Assembly: GCA_963774075.1 (NCBI GenBank)
Contig: CAVZDP010000001.1
Coordinates: 108,572-172,571 of the forward strand
DNA from: an uncultured Solirubrobacterales bacterium
GTDB taxonomy: Bacteria; Actinomycetota; Thermoleophilia; Solirubrobacterales; JBBDJG01
DNA: 64,000 nucleotides
Direction: 5' to 3'
Position numbers and translations under genes: made by a program. Each line of letters begins with the position of its first letter. Position 1 is the stretch's first letter. The notes under the pieces were generated by a model. It was not told where the DNA came from and ran no database searches. It saw only the letters and a list, made by a program, of their open reading frames with translations. This document shows positions 40,290 to 48,336 of this stretch, piece after piece.

Positions 40290-40321
40290 ATCGAGCCGGC
40301 TTCGCCGGACACCTAAAGTCC
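40290..40321 (-). repeat. Partial copy (3' half) of the 81-nt element, minus orientation
   Basis: ATCGAGCCGGCTTCGCCGGACACCTAAAGTCC is the reverse complement of GGACTTTAGGTGTCCGGCGAAGCCGGCTCGAT (compare 61855-61886). It overlaps the stop codon of the 40313..42118 gene. Confidence 0.75.
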
Positions 40322-42118
40322 AGTCTCGTCACCTTCGCCACGGCCGCCGGAGTAGCCGGCGATCGTCGTCGCGATCCGATCCTGGACCGACCGCGCCCGT
40401 GCCACGTTGACGCCGTTCATCAGCAGGGCGAACGCGATCCGCTCGCGGTCGCGCGACCAGCAGTAGCCGGCGAGCGCGCTGACGCCGATCAGCGTGCCCG
40501 TCTTCCCCCGGCAGCGACCGTCCGCGGTGGTGCCGCGCATGCGCTTGCGAAGCGTCCCACTCTTGCCGGCGAGGGGGAGAGAGCGGTAGAAGGAGCGGAA
40601 CCACGGTTTCGCCGGCGCCTCCGTCAACAGGCGTCCAACGGCCGCCGGCGAGACGACGTTGCCGCGCGAGAGCCCCGACCCGTCGAGCACCGTGGCGCCC
40701 GCACCCATGTCGTCCTGGAAGCGACGAACGACCGCCGCGCCGGAGAGAGTCGAGCCGCGCCCCGAGAAGCGGGCGCCCAGGCCCTTGAGAAGGATCTCGG
40801 CGAAATAGTTGTCTGACACCTGGTTCGTGTGGCGTACGAGCCCCGCCATTTCAGGCGACTCGACGGCGGCGAGCTCCGACGCCGTCTCTGGCGCGCGCCC
40901 GGTGCGAGCTCCGTGGGGCACCTCGACGCCGCGAGCGCGAAGCGCGGCTCGGAAGCGGTCCGCCACGAACCTGGGCGGATCGGCCTGAAAGCCGCGCCCG
41001 TATCCGAGCGCGCTGCCGTGCCCGAAGGCAAGCGCGGAGAGCGGCCCGACGTACGACGAGACTCTGAAGCCGCCGGCCGGCAGGCCGCGCCGGCTGTCGA
41101 AGAACGTCTCGTCTCCGTACACGCGGCCGGTCACGCTGCGCACTCCGGCGGCACGCACCTCCGATGCCAGCCTCGTCAGGCCGGTGCGCCCGAAGGAGGG
41201 GTCCCCGAACCCCTGCACGTAGAGGTCGCCGGCAAGCGTGCCGCTCTCGGTGAGTAGCCCGTCGGTACTCGCCACAGTTTCGACCCGAAATTCGGCCCCC
41301 ATGCGTTCGAGGGCCGTGGCGGTGGTGAAGAGCTTCTGCACGGACGCCGGGGTGCGCCTGGTCTTGGAGCGAAGCGAAAAGAGCCTCTTGCCGCTCTCGG
41401 CTTCGGCCACCCAAGCGCCCGAGCCGGGCCCCGCCGCCCGCATCTGCGCCAGCAGCCGAGCGGCCAGCCGTTGCTCCGGGGGCGTCGCGGCCGAGGCCGG
41501 CTCTGAGGCGCCGAGTAGGCCCGCGAGCGCCGCGGTAAGGAGCAGTAAGGCGATCATCCCTCTCTTCAACGCGGCGACGGCCGCCTGGGTGCGGTTTGCA
41601 ACCCCAAGCCGCTCGAGCACGCTCGAGACGTGAGAGCGCGCGGTTCGTGGGGAGATGCCGAGGCGACGAGCGATCTCGGCATTGTCCAGGCCGTCGGCGA
41701 GCAGGCGCAGCACCTGGCGCTGGCGCGGGGTCAGCTCGACCGGGTCGCCCACCGGTCCGGCGGCGGCCCGGCGAATGGCGAGCGAGAGCTCTCCGAGCCC
41801 CGCGTTCTTGCGCAGGACGCCGCGGGCTCCGACAGCGGTGGCATTGGCGACGTCCTCGGGCCGCACCACCTCCATGAAGACGATCACCGGCGGGCCGAGC
41901 GAGCAGAACGCATCGAGCTCCGACGGAAGCGGCGACTCGACGAACAGCATGTCGACGTCGCTTGCTGCTGCGGCCATTGCCGACCCCTCGAGGACGTACG
42001 CGTCGGCTCCCCGGCTCGCCAGCAGGTCCGCGAGCGCGCGAACGTAGAGCTCGTGCCGCCCCCAGACGCCGGCAACGAGGCCTCCCCACCCAATCTGGGT
42101 GGGATCTCGGGATGACAC
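40313..42118 (-). CDS. Fusion protein: degenerate receiver + LuxR/GerE HTH + TM/signal segment + D-Ala-D-Ala carboxypeptidase/endopeptidase (PBP4/DacB, peptidase S13)
   Basis: A single 601-aa ORF from GTG 42118. aa ~125-185 = LTPRQRQVLRLLADGLDNAEIARRLGISPRTARSHVSSVLERLGVANRTQAAVAA. aa 188-211 = MIALLLLTAALAGLLGASEPASAA. PBP motifs follow: SVQK (SxxK), SDN, KTGT. There is no stop between the regulator and PBP parts. Confidence 0.8.
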   Translation of the reverse strand: MSSRDPTQIGWGGLVAGVWGRHELYVRALADLLASRGADAYVLEGSAMAAAASDVDMLFVESPLPSELDAFCSLGPPVIVFMEVVRPEDVANATAVGARGVLRKNAGLGELSLAIRRAAAGPVGDPVELTPRQRQVLRLLADGLDNAEIARRLGISPRTARSHVSSVLERLGVANRTQAAVAALKRGMIALLLLTAALAGLLGASEPASAATPPEQRLAARLLAQMRAAGPGSGAWVAEAESGKRLFSLRSKTRRTPASVQKLFTTATALERMGAEFRVETVASTDGLLTESGTLAGDLYVQGFGDPSFGRTGLTRLASEVRAAGVRSVTGRVYGDETFFDSRRGLPAGGFRVSSYVGPLSALAFGHGSALGYGRGFQADPPRFVADRFRAALRARGVEVPHGARTGRAPETASELAAVESPEMAGLVRHTNQVSDNYFAEILLKGLGARFSGRGSTLSGAAVVRRFQDDMGAGATVLDGSGLSRGNVVSPAAVGRLLTEAPAKPWFRSFYRSLPLAGKSGTLRKRMRGTTADGRCRGKTGTLIGVSALAGYCWSRDRERIAFALLMNGVNVARARSVQDRIATTIAGYSGGRGEGDETGL

Positions 42119-42149
42119 CTCTGCTCGGCGAACCTCCTGCTCGTACCGG

Positions 42150-43067
42150 TTAGGCGATCGGAGTCAGGCCGATGACCTTCATGCGCCGTGTGAGCGCCTG
42201 CATGGCGAAGGCGCGGGTGTCCTCCAGGGAGACGCCGAAGAGCTCGAAGGTGTCCTGTTCCTCCGCCCACGGCGGGGCCAGCACCTTGTCGGCGACGGGA
42301 AGCGATTCCTCCATCGCGCGCTGGATCGCCTTCGCGTACTTGGAGTCGTTCCTGACCATTTCGCGCAGGAACCTGGCGCCGAACGCGACGTGGCGATGCT
42401 CGTCGCGTGCGATCAAGCTGAAGCCCTGCACGAAGCCGGGTAGCGTTCCCTCGCGCTCGTTGTACTCGATGATGAAGTGCTGGCCGGTGAGGGCGAGCAT
42501 GCCCTCGATGACCATGTGGTAGAGCGTCACGGCCTCCACGAGTGTCTCGAGATCGCTCGGGTCCTCGCCCAGCTTGCGCGTTCGCGAGCCGAGCATGTCG
42601 TGGAAGAGGGTGTTGAAGGCGGGGTTCAGGTGCTTGCTCGTCTCCGCGAGACGCGCATGGAGCGAGTCGGACTCGAGCACGCCGACCTGCGCGTAGAAGC
42701 GGTCGAAGAAGCGCACGTGGCGGGCCTCGTCCGCGATCTGCGTGGAGAGGAAGATCTTCATCTCCTCGGTCGGGCACGCCTTTACCATCGGCCCAAGCTC
42801 GTCGGTGACCTCGAGCTCGCCGACGAAGAACGACGACAGGCCGTACATGCGCTGGTAGCGCTCGTCGTCGGGGAAACCCCACCAGTCCTCGCGGTCCTGG
42901 GAGAAGTCCAGGTCCTGCGTGCGCCAATGCTGGCGCTCCCACAGCTCGTAGAGCTCCCGGTAGCTCAGGAGCTGGATCTCGCCGCGGTCCGCTCCCTCCT
43001 GAAGGGCAGGGTCCGAGGTTTCCTGGAAGAACTGGTTCTCCTCGACCCGCGTGCTGGGCGTGCTCAC
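42150..43067 (-). CDS. Ferritin-like diiron/Mn-Fe carboxylate protein, ribonucleotide reductase R2-like (R2lox-type)
   Basis: GTG start after GAGAGAGGAGAGG. Metal-ligand motifs ..DEARHVRFF.., ..MVIEGML.., ..ARDEHRHVAFG.. are present. Confidence 0.75.
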   Translation of the reverse strand: MSTPSTRVEENQFFQETSDPALQEGADRGEIQLLSYRELYELWERQHWRTQDLDFSQDREDWWGFPDDERYQRMYGLSSFFVGELEVTDELGPMVKACPTEEMKIFLSTQIADEARHVRFFDRFYAQVGVLESDSLHARLAETSKHLNPAFNTLFHDMLGSRTRKLGEDPSDLETLVEAVTLYHMVIEGMLALTGQHFIIEYNEREGTLPGFVQGFSLIARDEHRHVAFGARFLREMVRNDSKYAKAIQRAMEESLPVADKVLAPPWAEEQDTFELFGVSLEDTRAFAMQALTRRMKVIGLTPIA

Positions 43068-43206
43068 GATCCTCTCCTCTCTCGACCGCTGGTCAGCGTA
43101 CCGCCCCGGAGCGCCCGCCGTAGGTCGAACGAAGGTCTACCCGCTCTCGTGCGGATTGGCGCAAACTGTGCGTTCCCCCGCTGGAGGGTGAGGTAAGCTA
43201 GCCGGG

Positions 43207-44526
43207 ATGGGCGAGGTCGTCGAGCTAGAGGCCACTCCCAAGGACGGGGCCGGGCCCAGGCTCAAGACGACGCAGAAGTCCGCCAGGGCCCGCAGGCGCC
43301 GCTCCAAGACGGCCCTGGTCCTCGGCGGCGGAGGCTTCACGGGCGGGGTCTACGAGATTGGCGCGCTGCGCGCGCTCGACCTCCTGACCGTCAACCGCAC
43401 GGTCAACGACTTCGACATCTACATCGGGACCAGCGCCGGGTCGTTCGTCGCGAGCCTGGTGGCGAGCGGGATCACCCCCGAGGAGATGTCCCGGGTCGTC
43501 AACAACCAGGTTCCGACGCCCTTCCGTGACGTCGACCTCGGGACGCTGCTGCGGCCAAACTACGGCGACTTCGCCGCCCGCGCCGCGCTCATGCCACTGC
43601 GCCTGGCGGGGCTCACGCGCAGCATCGTCGGCCGCTGGCGCGAGGTCTCGCTGATGGACGTGCTGACCGGCCTGGCCGAGGCTCTTCCCCCCGGCCTCTA
43701 CACCGGCTCCGGCGTCGAGCGCTACATCAGGGAGATCCTCGAGGACGCCGACCTCACGAACGACTTCCGGATGCTCGAGCCCGAGCTCTACCTGACCGCC
43801 ACCGACCTCGATACGTGCGAGCGCGTCGTGTTCGGCGCCGCAGGCTGGGACGACGTGCCGATATCCAAGGCGGTTTCCGCCTCGACCGCGCTGCCGATGG
43901 TGTACCGGCCGGTCGACATCAAGGGCCGCCAGCTCGTCGACGGCGGCATCCGGTCGACGACCAACGTCGACATCGCGGTGGAGCGGGGAGCGAAGTTCAT
44001 CATCGTGGTCAACCCGCTCGTCCCTTACGTGAACGACTTTCAGAAGCGGATCCCGACGATCTTCGGCAGCCGGGTGCGCCGGGTGTCCGACATGGGCTAC
44101 CCGCAGGTCGGCTATCAGGCGTTCAAGCTGCTGGCACACGCGCGCCTGCACGAGCACGTCAAGCGGTGGAGCGAGCGCTATCCCGGGGTCGACATCATTC
44201 TGATCGAGCCCGACCCGAACGACGAGCTGATGTTCGGGACCAGCATCATGAACTACTCCTCACGGCTGGAGATCGCGCGCCACGGCTTCGAGTCCGTGAC
44301 GATCAAGCTGGCGCAGGACTACCACCGCTACAAACGGATCTGCGAGAAGCACGGGATAGAGATCTCCGCGCGCCGGGTGAGGAAGATTCTCACCCAGGCC
44401 GAGGAGCAGCGCGAGAAGCAGACCGCATGGCGGCGCATCCTCGAGCAGACCACCGGCGCGCTGCTGCGCCAGTCTGAGCGTTCCGCCGGCTCCGAGCCCG
44501 ACCCCGCTTCAGACCGCTCGGCCTAG
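43207..44526 (+). CDS. Patatin-like phospholipase family protein
   Basis: ..LVLGGGGFTGGVYEIGALRALD.. (oxyanion Gly-rich loop), GTSAGS (GxSxG), ..VDGGI.. (catalytic Asp). Confidence 0.88.
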   Translation: MGEVVELEATPKDGAGPRLKTTQKSARARRRRSKTALVLGGGGFTGGVYEIGALRALDLLTVNRTVNDFDIYIGTSAGSFVASLVASGITPEEMSRVVNNQVPTPFRDVDLGTLLRPNYGDFAARAALMPLRLAGLTRSIVGRWREVSLMDVLTGLAEALPPGLYTGSGVERYIREILEDADLTNDFRMLEPELYLTATDLDTCERVVFGAAGWDDVPISKAVSASTALPMVYRPVDIKGRQLVDGGIRSTTNVDIAVERGAKFIIVVNPLVPYVNDFQKRIPTIFGSRVRRVSDMGYPQVGYQAFKLLAHARLHEHVKRWSERYPGVDIILIEPDPNDELMFGTSIMNYSSRLEIARHGFESVTIKLAQDYHRYKRICEKHGIEISARRVRKILTQAEEQREKQTAWRRILEQTTGALLRQSERSAGSEPDPASDRSA

Positions 44527-46346
44527 GGCACCTTTTCGGAATACATTGCGTCGAAGACGGGCGCGTACTTCTCGTAGACGATGTTCCGCTTCACCTTGAG
44601 GGTCGGCGTCAGCTCGCCGGTCTCCTGGGTCAGGTCGTGCGGGAGGATCGTGAACTTCTTGACCTGCTCGACCTTGGCGAACTTGACGTTCAAGTCATCG
44701 AGCGCCTTCTGGACGATCGCCTCGACCTCCGGATGCTTCGACAGCTCCGCGACGTCGGTCGTGCCGAGGTTGTGGTCCTTGGCGTAGGCGGCAATCTCCT
44801 CGGGGTCGAGGGTCACGATCGCGGTCAGATATGGGCGGCGGTCTCCGTAGACGACCGCCTGCGAGATGTACTGGTTCTGCTTCAGCCCGTTCTCGAGGTT
44901 CGCCGGCGTGATGTTCTTGCCCCCCGCCGTGATGATGATGTCCTTCTTGCGGCCGGTGATGTAGAGGAACCCATCCTCGTCGAGGCGGCCGAGGTCGCCG
45001 GTGTGCAGCCAGCCATCGACGATCGTCTCACTGGTGGCCTGCTCGTTCTTGTAGTAGCCGCGGAAGATGTTCGGGCCCTTGATCAGGACCTCGCCATCCG
45101 CGGCGATCTTGATCTCCACGTCCGGAAACGCCTTTCCGACGGACCCGAACTTGAAGTCGTCGATGCGGTTGATCGTCGCGGCGGTCGAGGTCTCCGTCAT
45201 GCCATAACCCTCGAGCACCAGGACGCCGCAGGCCCAGAAGAACTCGAGGATTTCCTGAGAGATAGGGGCAGCCCCGGTCACGCACTGCTTGATGTTGCCG
45301 CCGAACAGGTTGCGGATGTTCGAGAGCACGTTCTTGTCGGCCCATTCGAACTGCTTCCTCAGCAGCCAGCCTGGCTCCTTGCCCTGGCGCTCGAGCTCCC
45401 GCACCCTGCGGCCGACCCGTACCGCCCAGTTGAAGATGGCCTTCTTGACCGTTCCCGACTTGTCGACGCTGCCGATGGCGGTCGCGTAGATCTTCTCGAA
45501 GATACGCGGCACGCTCGGGAAGTAAGTGGGCTTCACCTCCACGAGGTTGGAGATGATCTTCTGCGGGTCCTTCTCCCAGTATGCGATGGTGGCTCCGACG
45601 TCGATCGCACCGAGCTGGATCAATCGAGCGAAAGCGTGCGCCAGCGGGAGGAAGAGGTAGCCGACCTCGCGCTCGACGAGAACGTCCTCGTTCTCGACCA
45701 TGTCGAGCATCGAACGCCAGTTGGCGTGGTCGATGACGCAGCCCTTGGGCGGCCCCGTGGTGCCGGAGGTGTAGATGTAGGTCGCGATGTCGGCAGGCTC
45801 GACGGTGGCGATGCGGGCGCCAAAGTCGCTATCGGAGCGGGCACGGCCGCGCTGGCGAACCGAGTCCATCGAGATCACGTCGGGTCCGTCGATCGGCTCG
45901 ATCGAGATCACGTGCTCGAGCGTGGGAAGCCGGTCGCGAACCTTGCGGACCTTCTCGAGCTGCTCGAGATCCTCGACGATCACGGCCTTGGAATCGGAGT
46001 GGTGCAGGACGTACTCGCACTCCTCCGGCGAATTCGTCTGGTAGATCGGCACGACCGTGCCGCCGGCGCAGAGGATCGCGAAGTCCGAGTAGGTCCACTC
46101 GGGCCGGGTGTTGGAGAGGATGCCGACCTTGTCGTGGCGCTCGATGCCCAGATCCTGCAGCCCGAGCGACAGCTCCTTGACCGTTGCCCCAAGCTCCGGA
46201 TAGGAGAGGTCCACCCAGTTGCCGCTCGCGTCCTTGAACCGCAGCGCGGTGAGCTCGGCGTGCTTTTGGACCGCGAGCGGGATCAGGTCCGCCAGCGTCC
46301 TCGAACCGGTAGCCGCGGCAGCGGCGGTGACGGCCTGAGCCTCCAT
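44523..46346 (-). CDS. Long-chain fatty-acid--CoA ligase (AMP-dependent synthetase)
   Basis: ATG at 46346 after GAGGAGGAGA (MEAQAVTAAAA..). AMP-binding motifs YIYTSGTTGPPKG and ..LHTGDLG..DEDGFLYITGRKKD.. are present. Confidence 0.9.
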   Translation of the reverse strand: MEAQAVTAAAAATGSRTLADLIPLAVQKHAELTALRFKDASGNWVDLSYPELGATVKELSLGLQDLGIERHDKVGILSNTRPEWTYSDFAILCAGGTVVPIYQTNSPEECEYVLHHSDSKAVIVEDLEQLEKVRKVRDRLPTLEHVISIEPIDGPDVISMDSVRQRGRARSDSDFGARIATVEPADIATYIYTSGTTGPPKGCVIDHANWRSMLDMVENEDVLVEREVGYLFLPLAHAFARLIQLGAIDVGATIAYWEKDPQKIISNLVEVKPTYFPSVPRIFEKIYATAIGSVDKSGTVKKAIFNWAVRVGRRVRELERQGKEPGWLLRKQFEWADKNVLSNIRNLFGGNIKQCVTGAAPISQEILEFFWACGVLVLEGYGMTETSTAATINRIDDFKFGSVGKAFPDVEIKIAADGEVLIKGPNIFRGYYKNEQATSETIVDGWLHTGDLGRLDEDGFLYITGRKKDIIITAGGKNITPANLENGLKQNQYISQAVVYGDRRPYLTAIVTLDPEEIAAYAKDHNLGTTDVAELSKHPEVEAIVQKALDDLNVKFAKVEQVKKFTILPHDLTQETGELTPTLKVKRNIVYEKYAPVFDAMYSEKVP

Positions 46347-46466
46347 CGATTCTCCTCCTCTGTTTCCTCGGTAGGGCGCCCTCACGGACGCAGGCGGATT
46401 CTAGCCGAGGGGTATCCCTGTACCCGCGGAACGCATGGCCATCGAGCGGCGGTAACCGCCGGTGGA

Positions 46467-46485
46467 GGGGCCGCACCGCGGCCCC
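46467..46485 (-). terminator. GC hairpin downstream of the small HTH gene
   Basis: GGGGCCGC acc GCGGCCCC: a perfect 8-bp stem, 24 nt after the stop at 46509, with no clear U-tract on the minus strand. Confidence 0.35.
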
Positions 46486-46508
46486 GGCTTCGTTTCGCTG
46501 TCAGGCCG

Positions 46509-46691
46509 CTAAGCCTTGGCGGCTTGAGCGGGGGGCTGGGCCTGAACCTGCTTGATGGAGGCCAGGAACAGCGTCTTGTCGATCCTACCCTGGAAGATCG
46601 GTACGCCCATCTCCATGCATTTCGAGATCACCTCGCGTCGGCCCATCCCTGCCTCGCGTGCCAGCTCAGTGGGCGTCAGGTGGTTCGCCAA
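46509..46691 (-). CDS. Small helix-turn-helix DNA-binding protein (60 aa)
   Basis: MANHLTPTELAREAGMGRREVISKCMEMGVPIFQGRIDKTLF.. resembles excisionase/MerR-type HTH. It has a good promoter and RBS (GGGAGA). Confidence 0.6.
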   Translation of the reverse strand: MANHLTPTELAREAGMGRREVISKCMEMGVPIFQGRIDKTLFLASIKQVQAQPPAQAAKA

Positions 46692-46727
46692 TGCCTATCT
46701 CCCTTCTGGTCGCAGCGTATACAGGGC

Positions 46728-46755
46728 TTATACCGGCTTTGACAGACGTGTCAAC
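46728..46755 (-). promoter_or_regulatory. Sigma-70-like promoter for the small HTH gene, overlapping a 16-bp palindrome
   Basis: On the minus strand: TTGACA (46755-46750), 16 nt, TATAAG (46733-46728). The plus strand at 46740-46755 reads TTGACAGACGTGTCAA (6-bp inverted arms), lying in a local AT-rich island. Confidence 0.5.
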
Positions 46756-46808
46756 CGAAAGCCCTGCTCAATTACGTACTTTTTACGCACGATGTACGCT
46801 CCGGCCCC

Positions 46809-47051
46809 ATGAAGGCCCCCGCCGGCGACACCTTCCTCGAGTCGCTCATGGACACGAGCCTCTACAGCATGGGGGCCTACTTCTCCGATGAGCACCCGGA
46901 GCTCGTGGACGAGGTGATCGAGCAGAGCGTGGCGATCGAGGAGCGGGGCATCCGCGACTATGCGGACGCCAACGGCCTCAGCCCCCAGGAGTGCTTCGAG
47001 ACCCTGATGACGGGGCTGGCCGTCCGCTACTACAAGGCCGTCGCCAGCTAG
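46809..47051 (+). CDS. Hypothetical acidic protein (80 aa)
   Basis: ATG-initiated ORF divergent from the HTH gene. No family recognised. Confidence 0.4.
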   Translation: MKAPAGDTFLESLMDTSLYSMGAYFSDEHPELVDEVIEQSVAIEERGIRDYADANGLSPQECFETLMTGLAVRYYKAVAS

Positions 47052-47119
47052 CCTCCCTTCGGACCCCAGGGGCTCTGCGATAATCCGGCCCGTCTGACCG
47101 GCTCTGCCGGGCTATTCGT

Positions 47120-47193
47120 CGGGGCGTGGCGCAGTCTGGTAGCGCGCACCGTTCGGGTCGGTGAGGTCCCCGGTTCAAATCCGGGCGCCCCGA
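47120..47193 (+). tRNA. tRNA-Pro (anticodon CGG)
   Basis: Manual cloverleaf: acceptor CGGGGCG/CGCCCCG, D arm GCGC-AGTCTGGTA-GCGC, anticodon arm CACCG-TTCGGGT-CGGTG, variable AGGTC, T arm CCCGG-TTCAAAT-CCGGG, discriminator A. CCA is not encoded. Confidence 0.93.
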
Positions 47194-47199
47194 TATATG

Positions 47200-47472
47200 T
47201 CAGAGGCGGCGTAGCCGGCAGAGCCGGCGCAGCCGACTCACATGACTGAGGTGCCCGGCGTCAGCCGGCTGGATATTCAGTCAGAGGCGGCGTAGCCGGC
47301 AGAGCCGGCGCAGCCGACTCACATGACTGAGGTGCCCGGCGTCAGCCGGCTGGATATTCAGTCAGAGGCGGCGTAGCCGGCAGAGCCGGCGCAGCCGACT
47401 CACATGACTGAGGTGCCCGGCGTCAGCCGGCTGGATATTCAGTCAGAGGCGGCGTAGCTGGCTAGATATTCG
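47200..47472 (+). repeat. Array of three full 81-bp GTAG-hairpin units plus one internally deleted unit
   Basis: Units start at 47200, 47281 and 47362. The fourth, at 47443, keeps the first 16 nt fused to the tail TGGCTAGATATTCGG. The array starts 7 nt after tRNA-Pro. Confidence 0.95.
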
Positions 47473-47486
47473 GACAGGCGGCCGCC

Positions 47487-48311
47487 TCAAGCGCCGAAGA
47501 ATCCGCCCAGCAGCCGGCCCACCTCGTCGGGGCGCTCCTCCTGCAGGAAATGGCCGCAGTCGGGAAGCGCGGTCACCTCGGCGGACCGGACGTCGTCGGC
47601 CACCCGTCGCATCGTCTTCTCGACGTCGGGAAGGATGCGGTCGCGCTGCCCGTAGACGATCCGCACGGGTACGCGAACCGAGGGCATCCAGGCGCCGATC
47701 TCGCGAAACCCACCGGGGTGGAGCCTCGAGCCGGCCTTGATCAGGGCGCGGCGGTCCGCCTCCGTCTGGAAGGGCTCCTGGACGCCGCGAAAGACCTCCT
47801 CCGTCAACCGGCTCGGATCGGCGACCCCGATCCGCATCGCTCTCCTGAGGCCGCGCGGGTTCACCATCAGCCGCCGGACGCCGGGCGTGCGACAGGCGAT
47901 GACGAAGAGCCATGCGGCCCAGGAGAGCTGCGGGTAGACGAGCGTGTTCAACAGCGCCAGCTTGCGCAGCCGCTCGGGGTGCTGGCTTGCCCAGTACAGG
48001 CCGATCGGGCCGCCGAGGTCGTGGACGGCCAGGCCGGTTCCATCAACGCCGACGGCGTCGAGGAAGCCGTCGAGCGTGCGCGTGAAGAAGCGGAAGCTGT
48101 AAGAGGCGTCGAGCGGCTTGTCGGAGCGGCCGAATCCCGGCAGGTCGAGAGCCAGGACGCGGTTTCGCTCGGCGACCGCTCCGATCACGTTGCGCCACAG
48201 GAAGGACGAGGTCGGCCATCCGTGCAGGAGCAGCACGGGATCTCCAGACCCCTGCTCCAGGTAGTGCAGCCGCAGGCCATCGACCTCGACGTGCTTGCTC
48301 ACGGCGGGCAC
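47487..48311 (-). CDS. Alpha/beta hydrolase (haloalkane dehalogenase / epoxide hydrolase-like)
   Basis: ..VLLLHGWPTSSFLWRNVI......RV.ALDLPGFGRSDKP..; ..HDLGGPIG.. Confidence 0.85.
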   Translation of the reverse strand: MPAVSKHVEVDGLRLHYLEQGSGDPVLLLHGWPTSSFLWRNVIGAVAERNRVLALDLPGFGRSDKPLDASYSFRFFTRTLDGFLDAVGVDGTGLAVHDLGGPIGLYWASQHPERLRKLALLNTLVYPQLSWAAWLFVIACRTPGVRRLMVNPRGLRRAMRIGVADPSRLTEEVFRGVQEPFQTEADRRALIKAGSRLHPGGFREIGAWMPSVRVPVRIVYGQRDRILPDVEKTMRRVADDVRSAEVTALPDCGHFLQEERPDEVGRLLGGFFGA

Positions 48312-48336
48312 GGCCCAACCCTATCTCTCGCGGCTG

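Noticed and set aside
43207-44526. Patatin-like lipase as a CBASS-type effector, and the class III cyclase (50339-50908) as a Pycsar-type cyclase
   Set aside because: The patatin gene has no adjacent CD-NTase/nucleotidyltransferase. The cyclase is coupled to a P450 and TetR, not to a cNMP-binding effector, and the two genes are 6 kb apart on different strands.
44523-44526. Convergent patatin and acyl-CoA ligase genes share the palindrome CTAG as both stop codons
   Set aside because: This is a neat but trivial consequence of a 4-nt convergent overlap. No functional implication can be supported.
46509-47472. Integrated mobile element or genomic island at tRNA-Pro (small HTH protein that looks excisionase-like, plus repeats next to a tRNA)
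   Set aside because: No integrase, recombinase or phage genes are present, and no direct repeat of the tRNA 3' end was seen. The repeats belong to the dispersed 81-nt family.
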